Assembly (NCBI RefSeq): GCF_001194135.2
Contig: NC_068993.1
Span: 6,447,831-6,501,247 of the forward strand
From: Octopus bimaculoides
Taxonomy: Eukaryota
Reading direction: 5' to 3'
Length of the DNA stretch: 53,417 nucleotides
Within the stretch, counting starts at the first letter, position 1. Each line of letters begins with the position of its first letter. Positions 22,971 to 48,745 of the stretch are shown here, piece after piece. Under the pieces are notes generated by a model, which was not told the origin of the DNA, did no database searches, and was given only the letters and a program-made list of their open reading frames with translations. A program made the position numbers and the translations under genes.

Positions 22971-24769
22971 TGATCTTAATTGATTGGAATTGTTATCATG
23001 TACATTCTTTTGTCTTGGTGTAAAAGATGGACTACAGCAAATATTCAGCTTAATATCACAGATTTGCTTGTCAGTTATTTAACCTTAACCAGTTGAGCAT
23101 GTCCCTTAGTGGCTGATGATATGTGCATCTCTGATCATGAGCAGGAGTAGTTGGGGAGCATCACAGCCATGTGTTAAGAGGGATTCCTTAGTTTCACGCA
23201 TCTCTCATCCTCTTAACACCACTATGATGCCCTATATCGAGGTCTTGCACAAAACACCCTGTTCATTCAAGACAATGTCAAAGCCCCTACATGATTGCTC
23301 AAAACTGCTAGAAATAGGAGCCTAATCTCCCTCGAAACATCTCCCTCGAAACATCTCCTACTCCACAAAAAGATGGACATGCTGGATAATGTTGTCTTTG
23401 GTTCCCTGGAAAAAGGTAGAATCATCATCATTTAACGTCCACTTTTCATGCTGATATGGGTTGGACGGGTTGACATGGAGCTGTCTAGACTCCAGCTGTT
23501 GTGGCATCGTTTCTATGGCATGGCTCTTCCTAATGCCAACCACTTAACAGAGTCTGTGTTTGGTGCTTTCTACATGTCACCGGCACGTGTCTGCTTACAC
23601 AGCACCAATACAGGTGGATCAATAGCGCACCTGCAAGGGTGCATTTTAAGTGGCACCAGCACCTGAAAGTGCAATCCTGTAAGAGTGGAAGACAGTGGTT
23701 TTACTTAGTTTGGCATGGTTACAAAAACCTTTAACCATTTAGCATTTAAACCGACCCCATCTGGCCCAAATATTCTACCTGTTTTATGTTCAAACTGACC
23801 AGGTCTGGCCCATCACACCTATCCTACAATGCCATTCTTAAAATAAACAATCACATCATTGAAATTTCAAAGCTATGAAATGATTTAAGATCAATTCAAA
23901 ACAATCTGAGGAGATAAGAATTGCATTAGACAGAATAATCTGAATGCTAACGAGTAAATTGTAAGTCTGCTCAGTCAAGGTTGACCTCAAAGGGTTTCTT
24001 CTTGCCCCGTAAATATTTTAAGACGCAGCATCATAAGCCCTAAAATATCCCTTTTGAGTCAGGCAAGAGGAGGGGAATAAAAGGTAAACACATCTAAAAA
24101 TATCACCACAGCAATCCATGAAACGGTGGGATTGATTTGGATAACGTTCTTTGTGAACCATTGCAAGTCAACATCCGTGGGAAAGGCATGAACAGCAGGG
24201 CTGGTGTTCAGGAGAGGAAGAACTCAGCATACTGGTAGGTTCAAGACCAGGGGGAAAGGGGGTGGACACAAGAAGGGTAATGATGGAAGGGGAGATGAGA
24301 GCAGGGGATGACACGGGATCAGGAGTGCTTGAATGGAGGTAATATGAGTCCAGATTTCTCCAAGAAGCAGAGGTCATTACAGTAGCAAGAGATTCAAATG
24401 GAGTGATGAAGGTGGGAGGGGGAGTCAATGGATAGGGCCAACCAAATCAATTACAGTATCCAAAATGGTTTGGAATAGCTGTGCTTCAAAGTCCCAGACC
24501 TCAAAGGAAAAGAAAAAGTAGTTTGTTCTTTAACTCTTTAGCATTTAAACTGGCCATTTCCAGCCCAAATATTCTACCTGGTTTATGTCCAAACTGGCCT
24601 CTCACACCTACCTTACAATGTCATTCTAAAAATATACAGTCCCCATCATTGAAATCTGAAAGCCACAAGATGATGGATTCAAAATAATGTGAATAAATAA
24701 ATATCAAATGTGACAGGAATCTGACTGGTAAAGGGTTAATTTTTAGTATCATTCTGTTTTATACAACTG

Positions 24770-24960
24770 GAATTGGGATTCCAGCTTGGGGCGTTTGGAG
24801 GGGTTGGACCACTAACAGCAAAGTTCTTGTCATCATTGGTAGCTTGCCCTACCAAAATGGCAGGTGATGTCCACGAGGGTGCTTGGCTTTTCCAATGCCT
24901 TAGCCTCACCATCGTCTGTGCCGCAAGCATGTTGGCTTGCTTCAGTAAGTTCCGTTAAAC
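24770..24960 (+). mobile_element. CRE-like non-LTR retrotransposon C-terminal (restriction-like endonuclease) remnant
   Basis: LGAFGGVGPLTAKFLSSLVACPTKMAGDVHEGAWLFQCLSLTIVCAASML resembles the E.LG..G..A..FL......GD..EG.FL.QRLS.AIQRGNAAS pattern. Confidence 0.6.
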
Positions 24961-25396
24961 CTTGTGGTGTGCAACCAATTGAGGCACTCAGTGTTGCATG
25001 TTTTTTTTTTTCTTTTGTAAAATATATTCCTTTTCACTGAATCATTGCAAATTGCAACAATTCTTTTGCACCTCATGACACTGTAATTAACCTGTCAGGT
25101 GTTGCAGATAGAAAAACAGCAAGCGTGTTATTCATTTCTGTTCTCTTTTTCCTCGTTGAACTGCAGTATTATCAGCTATGCCGTATTTTTAATGCATGGT
25201 AATTGTTTAGAAACTTATGATTTAAAAGTGGCAACTTTTAAAAAAATTATCAATTCAAAAAAAAAAAAAATTCGTTTTCAAAAATTTGAAATTGTCGAAC
25301 ATTTTGCCTCTACTCCCGTACCCTTTTCTCTGCATATGAGGTACGGGTATTCAGGACACCATACTTTATGTTGTTCCAAAATTCTATCCTAAAATT

Positions 25397-26003
25397 GGCA
25401 CTATCATGCTATTAGCTGTCAGAAGTGAAAGTGCTCACTGCTAGTGAAGTATCTGTCTGCATGCCTGCATGCCTGTTGATTCTTTGGCTACTGACAGCTA
25501 ATACCATGACTGGCCGGAGCGAGCTATATGTCTGTCTCTCTCTCTATCTATCTATTACTCGAAAGTTATTGGAACAAATTTGACACCTATATCCATGCGT
25601 TTGAAAACACAACACAGAGTATAAGGGTACTCGCGTCCGCGCTAGCTAGTCGTGAGTGGTCGATCCTATTATTTTTAAACTTCAAACTTCATTTGTTTTC
25701 TATTTTGATAAATTCTCTCTGTTGAAAATTATATTTTTATATTTTAAATAATTTGCAATTTCAGGAAATATGTTTTTATATTAAATTTGTGTTTTCTACT
25801 CACGACTAGCTAGCGCGGACTTTCGAGTAATAGATAGATAGATAGAGAGAGAGACAGACAGACATATAGCACGCTCCGGCCAGTCATGGTATTAGCTGTC
25901 AGTAGCCAAAGAATTGAGAGGCCAGCAACAGGCAGGCAGACAGGCAGATACTTCACTAGCAGTGAGCACTTTCACTTCTGACAGCTAATAGCATGATAGT
26001 GCC
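25397..26003. mobile_element. Foldback non-autonomous DNA transposon, long TIRs, 8-bp TSD CTAAAATT
   Basis: Termini GGCACTATCATGC...GCATGATAGTGCC; TSD at 25389-25396 and 26004-26011; arms of roughly 170-250 bp. Confidence 0.85.
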
Positions 26004-26790
26004 CTAAAATTTATCAATTCCACAAAAACGAAAGGCTAAGTTGACTCGGCAGGGTTTGAACTCAGAATATGTAAGCATCTAGCTACATAATACGAGGCAT
26101 TTTGTACGGCACTCTACCGTTTTTCTGCCAAACCACCGTCCTGACGGCATTAGAAATATCGATAAACAAACTAAAAAGCTCCACTCAAAACACTTTGTGC
26201 GTACACGTATACAAGTTTTTAATAATAGGAATGAAGGGAAAATTTCCCATGGGAGAGTTTTGCATACAAACATACGCATACGGTAAAGTCTAGCGCAATG
26301 TGAACCTTGATTGTTGCAATGTGACACCTGAGAAACGAGTGCCTGACACTTCGGTATGAACACACGTGCGTGCAAGCTTGTACGCACGTTTGTGCGTGTG
26401 TGCATGTATGAGAACGGTGGGGTAGAGAAATAGAAAGATGGCAAGGAACAGAGAAAGAGAGAGACAGCCTGACAGACAACGAAAAGGAGGAAGGATGCAG
26501 CGAAAAAATATTTGGAACCTCAATCGTACTATAATAAAACTATTCAGTCTGGTTTATGATTTAGACACAAGGCCAGCACTTTGGAAGGTAAAGGGTCAGT
26601 ATTTGACTGCTACTTTATTTTATTGACCCTGAAGGAATGAAAGTTAAGAGTTGACCTCGGCGGGATTTCAAATAAACAAACATCAGAGGTGAAGGTTGAA
26701 GGATGTTTACAAGTTCTTGCTGGGAAAGCGAAGGACGTCGAGAGGGAATTAATTTTAGTGGAGACGAGGGGAGTATAAGAAACTCCTTAC

Positions 26791-26842
26791 CTGGCAATGT
26801 ACTCTCGTAGGATATTGAATCTTGCAAACTTATCTGTGGTAC
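26791..26842 (-). CDS. Putative second coding exon of the same gene (VPQISLQDSISYESTLPG)
   Basis: CTAAC branch-like motif, pyrimidine tract and CAAAG acceptor; strong CAG/GTAAGG donor; phase 0 entry matches the previous exon. Confidence 0.5.
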
Positions 26843-27372
26843 CTTTGGGTATGAGAGACGAAAAAGATAAACGTTAGATACAATGGAAATATTCTTGCAC
26901 GGGTTAAATTAACAGCTTTGAAATAAAGATAACGTTTAACATAGCTTTTCACGGACTAATTTTTAAATAAACATACATATATATCGTGCATGTGTGTATA
27001 TTAAGCATTGTATTAACCCATGAATAAGTGCTTTAGTCTATATAATATTTATTACCAGTTATATGAAAATCTTAGCCGTTCATGTACGATAGATAGATAT
27101 TTCACATACAAGTGGCGGCTATATTTACACATATAATGTGTGTATGTAAGTGTGTGTGTGTTTGTTTAAATAATATATGCAACTTATCACAAGTTTAAAA
27201 AGTTAAACACACGAAGAAGAAAATAGAAATTGTCATGCAACTCATAACAACATGCATTATACGTACCGAAAACACGTATATAATGAACGGAAACAAGGAA
27301 TTTACAAACAAACAAACAGCAACCCATATATAGGAATGAACCCAAAAACATATATATCTATATATATATTAC

Positions 27373-27531
27373 CACAAATGCCGATGGCAAAAGGAAAGCT
27401 TGGCAGTCTTCATACTGCAAATCGGAATCGCTGTCTGTAGTATTAGTAGCTGGGACTTTTGGTGGCATATCAGGCAATGAAGCAGGTATTTCAAATTGGT
27501 TGTCGTTGTTGAGGCAATTAGCAGAATCCAT
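27373..27531 (-). CDS. Putative first coding exon of an unidentified gene (MDSANCLNNDNQFEIPASLPDMPPKVPATNTTDSDSDLQYEDCQAFLLPSAFV); the exon extends to an acceptor at 27565
   Basis: ATTTTAG acceptor, ATG, 53 open codons with disordered N-terminal composition, GTAATA donor in phase 0; no family recognised. Confidence 0.55.
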
Positions 27532-27972
27532 GACGTTGTTGTTGATGACAGTAAAACGTAAACAGCTAAAATAATAATACCAGCAGATACTAATGGTGCC
27601 AACGGTAAAAAATAACACATAATAACTTTGTATTACGAGCCAATGTAACCGTCCACAAATATATTATTTACAAAGGTGTTCGGTTCAAAGTGATTAATAG
27701 AAGGGGGACGGATAATTATAATTAAAAAATAAATAAACAGTTTTAACTTTTCGAAAAGCGAGACAAGCAGCCTTCAGTCTCTTTAGACATCCATCTATAT
27801 GTATGTATACATGTATATTTATATCTGGCAGCGGAAAACAACTGTCAGCAATATAAATATATATATATACACCACAATGATATTTATAAGACATAACATT
27901 TAATGTACATATTAGTCGTTCAGAGTTACGGCCCTTGATAAGCACGCTGTTTTAACTTTCAACACGACTCAC

Positions 27973-28150
27973 TTTTGACGCAGTGGACTTCCCCCTGTTT
28001 TTTGTTTCGGTTTTTGTTATCTATTTTTATGAATTTGTTCTATTTTGTTGCAGTTGATGGTTGTGATGGTGATGTGGATGCGTTCAGTTCGGCGTTTTCC
28101 ACCGCAATCACGCCCCCTTCCTCCTCCTCCTTCGCCTCTTTTTCTTTCCA
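27973..28150 (-). other. Putative 5' UTR exon / promoter-proximal region of the unidentified minus-strand gene (5' boundary approximate)
   Basis: GTGAGT donor at 27972-27967; locally CpG-rich, non-repetitive sequence. Confidence 0.4.
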
Positions 28151-28559
28151 CGTGTAGATTGCACTTTTATTGTTGGTCTGTTCGGAAATTCGGTGTACGA
28201 AGCAACAGGTACTCACACAAATATATATATGTGTGTGTGTGTGTATGCACATATGTATATGTGAGTGTGTGTGTGTGCATGCATGTATGTATATACAGAG
28301 AAAGACAGACAGACATACATTTATAAACAGGTTTTGAGAAATAATTTAGTAGCAAGTAGTATGTATTTTGAATATGTATTTACATATGAATCGTCACCAG
28401 TTCGTTTATAAGCATTTGAGCCTGACGAGTTGCCTATACGGCTAAGCGCTTTATAAACCGATGGTCACTCTATGACAGACCATAACAATTAACTTCCAAT
28501 ATATATATATTTGCATATATATATTTCTGAATTTGTGTAAATGTGCATAGAATAATATA

Positions 28560-28800
28560 TCAGTTGAAAAAAGTTACAACATGGTTTGGTTTTTATGTTT
28601 TCTTTTTATTATTGTATTTTTTTTTTAATTCTTTTACAATGTTGAAGTGTGTTAAACATTTTAAAAAATATTTTGTAATGTTCATAAAGTTCAATTAGCG
28701 CAATGTTTAACACACTTCAACATTGTAAAAATATTTTTTATTTAAATACAATAACAAAGAAACGTGGAAACCAGACCATGTTGTAATTTTATTCAACTGA
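28560..28800. mobile_element. Palindromic MITE with probable TA TSD (Tc1/mariner-like)
   Basis: Outer arms TCAGTTGAA..GTTACAACATGGTTTGGTTT versus AAACCAGACCATGTTGTAA..TTCAACTGA; inner perfect 29-bp inverted repeat at 28632-28660 / 28702-28730. Confidence 0.7.
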
Positions 28801-31086
28801 TATACACATATATATGTATATATATATAGCAATAAGAAAATGGAGAGGAATATGAGGTACTCATCAACTTGCAGACTCTGTACTCTATTGATTAATCTGT
28901 TTATTTTACAACCAAAAGGACAATAAAGACAATATACAGACACTTATGACATATTATGTCATATCAACAATTAAAATTTAAAAGGACATCTAGCAACCAA
29001 AGATATATATATATATGTATTTATCTATATATAAGTGGCTCAAAGGCTGGACATTTCGTGTTTTGCACTTTATTAAGTCCAATATACAAAACTCATTCCT
29101 TGTCTCTCAGATTACTTTACAGGTGAACAATGTATGCACACATCATCATATTAACGTCCACGTTTCCATGCTGTCATGGGTCGGACGGAATTTATTGAGG
29201 TGGATATTCTACGACCAGACACCCTTCCCCGTTTCCAAGACAGTATTTTCAAACAGGCTTTCATGGAAGATTGCAACTGAAGGACACTGCTTCCATGATA
29301 GTGACATTTGTTTTACAACTATCGCACCTCGTCAGGAGGAGATAGTAACACACATTAACTCCACCACACACATACACAGACGTGGCTGTGTGGTAAGAAG
29401 TTTGCTTCCCAGGTTCCAGGTTCACTTCCACTGTTCGCTGCACACACACATCTTTGTCTATATGCATCAGTGAAGCTTTACATAGCGTCATATGGTTATC
29501 GACTGCTATTTCCAGTAAACATTGGAACCTTGTTGTGCCACTATTTCTTATTTATAATTTTACCTTTATTGTGCTTTATTTAGCTGGAAAATAACACCAT
29601 TGAATAATACTTATAATTTATATATATATATTCTTTTATCGGTTTTAGTCATTTGACTGCTGCCACATTGAACTATCACTTTTAGTTGAACAAATCGACC
29701 CCAGGACTTTGTTTGCACCTAGTACTTATTCTATCGGTCTCTTTTGCCAAACTGCTAATTTACAAGGACATCAACACACTAACATCGGTTGTCAAGTGAT
29801 GGTGGGGGGCACAATAGGCACCCAGTACACACTGTAAAGTGGTTGGCATTAGGAAGGGCATTCAGCCATAGAAACCAGACCAAAGCAGACTCTGGAATAA
29901 GATGTAGTTCTTGACTCATTGGATCCTTGTCAAACCATCCAACCCATGGCAGCATGGAATATAGACGTTAAATGATGATGATGATGATGATGCAACAGGC
30001 TTTTTTTCCAGTTTCTATCTACCAAATCTACTCACAAAGCTTTGATTGGACCAGGGTCATGGTGGAAGACACTTGCCCAAGTTGCCACGCAATAGAACTG
30101 ACCCCTGAAATCATGTGGCCCTTCTTAAAGCCAACCACTTTATAGAGTGTACTGGGTCCTTTATATGTAGCACAAATACAATTCATTATTAGTGATGAAA
30201 GCAGTATTAGTTCAAAATAGCAATCTGTATATCATACCTAGATATATCCGTGACAGCCAGCTAAATTGAACTGTCTTGAAAAAGCATCTCTTATAGATGT
30301 AGTGTGTTAAAAAACAAACAGAAATATATCACCAACAGATGAAACTCATCCAGCAGTTGTAGCATTGCTAAATAAGTATTTTTTGCATCTTCATCAGTAG
30401 CAAGCACCTGTTATGTTCTTGAGCAAAACACTTTACATTTCACATTGCTCCAGTCCACTCAACTGTACGTAAGTTACTCTGTGATGGACTGGCATCCTAT
30501 CCAGGGGAACGTTGTGATCTCAGTTACTTATTCACCATGCAAACTGTAATCAGTCCTTTGAATCTTCAGATTCAACACAGTAATTATGTTTTGTTATCCT
30601 AACAGTTTTATTTTTAGATCCTACCCTGTTCTCTTCTGTTCCCAGGCATATCAAAAGACACGGGTGCCTTATCCAGGTTTTCAATTTGTCTTAATCCAGT
30701 CATGGTTCTTCCTCTGAGAAGAGAGAATTAGTTGATACTGCCAACCCCAATCCAATGTTGTAATCCTTGATGTCGAATTGTTATAACGCCCACTTCAATA
30801 TAGCAGCATAGTGTTTAGACCAGTAAAGACACGACTAATCTATCACCATCTACTTATTTTTATCAACCCTGGAAAGGTGAAAAGCAGAGTTGACCCCAGT
30901 GGGATTTGAACTCAGAATGTGAAGAGCTGGAACAAATACTGCAAATGGTAGTGCCATACAAAGAACTGAACCTGAAACCACGTGGCTGGGAACCAACCTT
31001 CTTTAACCCCACAACAAAAAACATTGACAACCATTAAGAGAAAATAATTAAATAAGGAAAGAAGACAAAGGAACGTGTGGTCAGAT

Positions 31087-44938
<13,852 letters not shown>

Positions 44939-46183
44939 GTTTGCAGGCTGAAAGTACGGCTGTGAAAACAAAACTGACTATTGAAATAAGAATTTAGAAA
45001 GCGTCGTTTGTTGGACTTTCAAAATTCTTTTAAATAAAGTAATCTGACTTTTGATTTTAATTTTAGAATTAAATACATGAAATTAATTTTTTAAATGTAA
45101 TATAACATATTTTATAAAATGAAGTACTATGTTTTAGTTTCGAATTCCGTTATAATGAACGTGGTAAATTGGCTGTCTGCAAATGTGAGAAAATAGCTAA
45201 GCAAGATATTAGTCGAACGATATACGGGTGATAATGAGCATCTCGGGGAAAATAAAGGCTGTAGAACAAAACACAGAATTATTTAATAGCTATCAGAAAA
45301 TCTGAGAGGGAGTGATGGACTTCATAAATATTAAATTTCTGATATTTAACCATTGTAAACAGCAATTTGAAAGAGAAAAGAGACAGACCTGCAGGAAGCA
45401 GTCGAACCTATGTACTCCTATCGTTTGTCGGGATTTGAGTTCCCTAATGGGATTGTCGTCGCTTCTGTTTCGTACTCATGATATTCAATAAGTATTCACA
45501 TTAAAATATTAATTTCAAACTTTGGCACAAAGTCGGCAATTGCGGCGAAGAGAATAATTAAATCGTTCCCAGTGCTCAGCTGGTACATCTTTTTATCAAC
45601 CCCGAGAGAGTAAAAAGTAAAGTCGACCTCGGAGGAATTTGAACTTGTAACGTAAGGACGGACTAAATGCCGCAAAGCATGTTGCCTGACGTACTAACAA
45701 TTCTGCCAGCTCACCGCTTTAATTCACATTAAAGAATTAGCAATTAATTCCTAACTGTCTTCTACTAAAGCCCCGTGACGGCACCTGGCTTAGTAATTAG
45801 TGTTGCACTCTCGACTGGTAGATCGTGTGTTCGATTCCCAGACAGAGCGGCGTGTTGTGCTCTTGAGCAAAACATTTCACTCCATGTTGCTCCCATCTAC
45901 TTAACTGCCAATGGGTCACCTTGTGACAGACTGGCCTTCCGATCAGGGGCAACGCTGACCTGCTCGCCTTGCCAGCTGGGTAATATCATTTGAAAGCTAA
46001 AAATTATGTAAAGTGCATTGTAACCAGCGATGTATACCAACATCCGATAGTCTGATTGTATGACTATTGTCCCAGGCCCAGCTATGTTTTGTAAGGGAAT
46101 TTTGTAGATGGAAATCGTGTGGGAGACAGTGGGTGCAGTCCACCCTCGGTGTCGCCCTTATGGTGTGGCACTTTTGAATCTAC

Positions 46184-46713
46184 TTACAAAAGATCAATAT
46201 GTTATTGTTTAGTCCCAGGTCAACCCTCATCAAACAGAAGAGTCCTAACAGCAACAATTCCGTCTTCTATTCAAACATATTAAATCCAGACAATCTAACT
46301 CAGTTCAGAGACTGTCCTCATTCTAGTTATACCACTGTATCGTATCCCCAAGATCTCAGAACAAAGGGACCAAAATAATACCACATGACAATGTACCTGA
46401 TTCTCTGCCAATTCTTCCATTCCACTGTTCTAGACCGGCACTCTATCTTATCGGCCCCAGAAAGAAGAAGGGCACAGTTAACCATGATGGAATACGAACT
46501 CAGAGTGCAGACACCTAAAATAAATACCACACGACATTTTGTCTTTGACTTTAACATTCCAATGTATTTACCCTCTCCATTAGATTTACAAAAGATTAGT
46601 TTTACAAAAGATCAATATGTTATTGTTTAGTCCCAGGTCAACCCTCATCAAACAGAAGAGTCCTAACAGCAACAATTCCGTCTTCTATTCAAACATATTA
46701 AATCCAGACAATC
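46184..46713 (+). repeat. 112-bp direct duplication (46184-46295 and 46602-46713)
   Basis: Identical TTACAAAAGATCAATATG...AAATCCAGACAATC copies. Confidence 0.9.
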
Positions 46714-46921
46714 CATGTATATTTATGAATTGTGAAGTCTTGCCGAGCACTTGTAGAAGAACTGAGGACTTTGGTTGTGTATGAAAGGATTCTAGCATGA
46801 ACTCTGTTACACTTTGATGCACTGAATTTCTTATCAGGCAGGTAGTACATGAAGACACTCGGTCTTCCTAATACAAGAGGAGAAAGGGCCAATTTTTATC
46901 TCAAGCCAACAAGAACAAGAG

Positions 46922-47143
46922 GAAACGAAGCTTTTGAACAAACTCAAGCATCTCCTCCAACCAAACATGCTTTGATATTTCTCAGATGAGAAATATTTCT
47001 GTCAGGATCAGATGGTGAACATAAAACAACCATTGGCTTACCGTGTCCCCCAAAACAAGTACGGAGAGTGATAAAAATCAAACATCTAGTCATCATGGTG
47101 TTTGGAGTGATCGCTAGTAATGGAGACGTTATACCTCCATTCA
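46922..47143 (+). mobile_element. Tc1/mariner (maT-like) transposase fragment, pseudogenised
   Basis: KLLNKLKH...ML*YFSDEKYFCQDQMVN then, after a frameshift, KHLVIMVFGVIASNGDVIPPF (first catalytic Asp region). Confidence 0.8.
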
Positions 47144-47179
47144 AATATTGTTATTCTTCGCTGGTTACAATGTGCTTGG

Positions 47180-47214
<35 letters not shown>

Positions 47215-47629
47215 GCAAACTGTATATCTCATGCTAGCAATGGGAAACGGATGTTAAATGATGATGATGAGGAGGAGGAGGAGGAGGTGTGGTTCAAGGT
47301 AGAAGTGAAATATAAAAGAGAGACGAGTGTGAAAAGATTTAATGAAAACCTTTTGAAGTCCATTAACAGGATTTGTGATGTGTTGGAGTGTTTTGATTTG
47401 AAAGATGAGAAATGAATGATAAATGGAACCCTGAGACAGGCATCTGAGCCGGGGAAAAAGGCTGTTGTTACTATTACTAGACACAGACGAAGGTTTGGTT
47501 GATGTTAACGAGGACAAAACTCATTATCGTTGAAGTTATCTAGGGCGGGAAACCAAAGGGCGTGAAATAATTTTCCAGTTGATTGAGCATTTTAGAAACT
47601 ATGGGAGTTAGTCATTGAGCAGAAAGAGT

Positions 47630-48060
47630 TAGCGTCATGGCGACGACAATGACGATGAAGATGGTGACTACGGACGATTGTGACAATGACAATGTTGATG
47701 AGGAGGAGGAGGGGGGTAATGATGATGTTGGCAATGACTATGATGATGATGACGATGACGATGACGATGATGACAAGGAGGATGACGACGCCGACGCCAA
47801 TATCGGGGGAGGACGACGATGATGAGGAAGACGAGGAGAAGGAAGGGAAGGATGAGGAAGCGGGGGAGACGACGATGAGGAGGAATGGAAGGAGAAGAGG
47901 AAGGCTACAAGGAGGAAAATGAGGAAGAGGCAAGGAGGTAGATGAGGAGTGCAAGAAGGCAGAGGACGACGATGAGGATGAGGGGGAGGACGATGATAAC
48001 ACTACTGTCAATGAGGATGATGATGATGATATCGATGATGATGACAACAAATGATGAAGA
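47630..48060 (+). repeat. (GAT/GAC/GAG)n low-complexity tract
   Basis: Direct reading; stops in the plus frames. Confidence 0.9.
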
Positions 48061-48549
48061 TGAAAACATCTCTTTGTGATTGTTTGTATTGGTTTCAATA
48101 AGTTAAGATGACAAGAAAAAACCAAGAGACGAAACAATGAACTGACATTTTTCAGTAACCAAAGTTGTGATCAGAAATATCAGATTCGTTTGTCACGTTA
48201 ACGATTATTCATTAATAAATAATTAAATTTATAATCCATACAATGTATACATAAGCAATCCATTGGGACACAAATTTTTTAAAAATCCATTTAATACAAG
48301 AGAGAATATTCCATCCAACATCAAAACAAATAAACCATCTATTCTTCTTTTAAATGACAATACTCAAAGATAACAGCCCTAACTCTTTTAAATGCACAGC
48401 CAACCAGAAATATGGAGGGAGTCAACTGGATATGATGGTCTTTATTGTAATTTTTATTATTGTTTACGTATCCTATACCAGGCCATATTTGTTTAACACA
48501 CTACTCTCTCTCTCCCTCTTTTTTTTTGTCTATCTACCTATCTATATAG

Positions 48550-48745
48550 CGTGTCGGGCGAGATGCTTAGCGGTATTTCGTCTGCCGTTACTTTCTGAGT
48601 TCAAATTCCGCCGAGGTCGACTTTGCCTTTCATCCTTTCGGGGTCGATAAATAAAGTAACAGTTACGCACTGGGGTCGATGTAATCGACTTGATCCCTTT
48701 GTCTGTCCCCTCTATGTTTAGCCCCTTGAGGGCAGTAAAGAAATA
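48550..48745 (+). mobile_element. tRNA-derived SINE family B. Other copies: about 14830-15005(+), 17440-17580(+), 45530-45720(-), 49645-49750(+), 52540-52745(+), 52760-52870(+)
   Basis: GAGCTGGCAGAA..TTAGC head, GAGTTCAAATTCCGCCGAGGTCGACTTTGCCTTTCATCCTTTCGGGGTCGATAAA core. Confidence 0.85.

Noticed and set aside
24130-24460. Purine-rich block with an 86-aa minus-strand Ser/Pro-rich ORF
   Set aside because: No splice support and no recognisable domain; probably a decayed retroelement that I cannot assign.
9961-30694. Resemblance of plus-strand candidate peptides (NQKIISASLFV, RHIKRH) to a TGF-beta propeptide and furin site
   Set aside because: No cystine-knot ligand domain follows the putative site, and the similarity is too short to support.
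47592-48137. Poly-Asp/Glu/Ser ORFs
   Set aside because: Translations of a GAT/GAG low-complexity tract, with stops in the plus frames and no splice or homology support.
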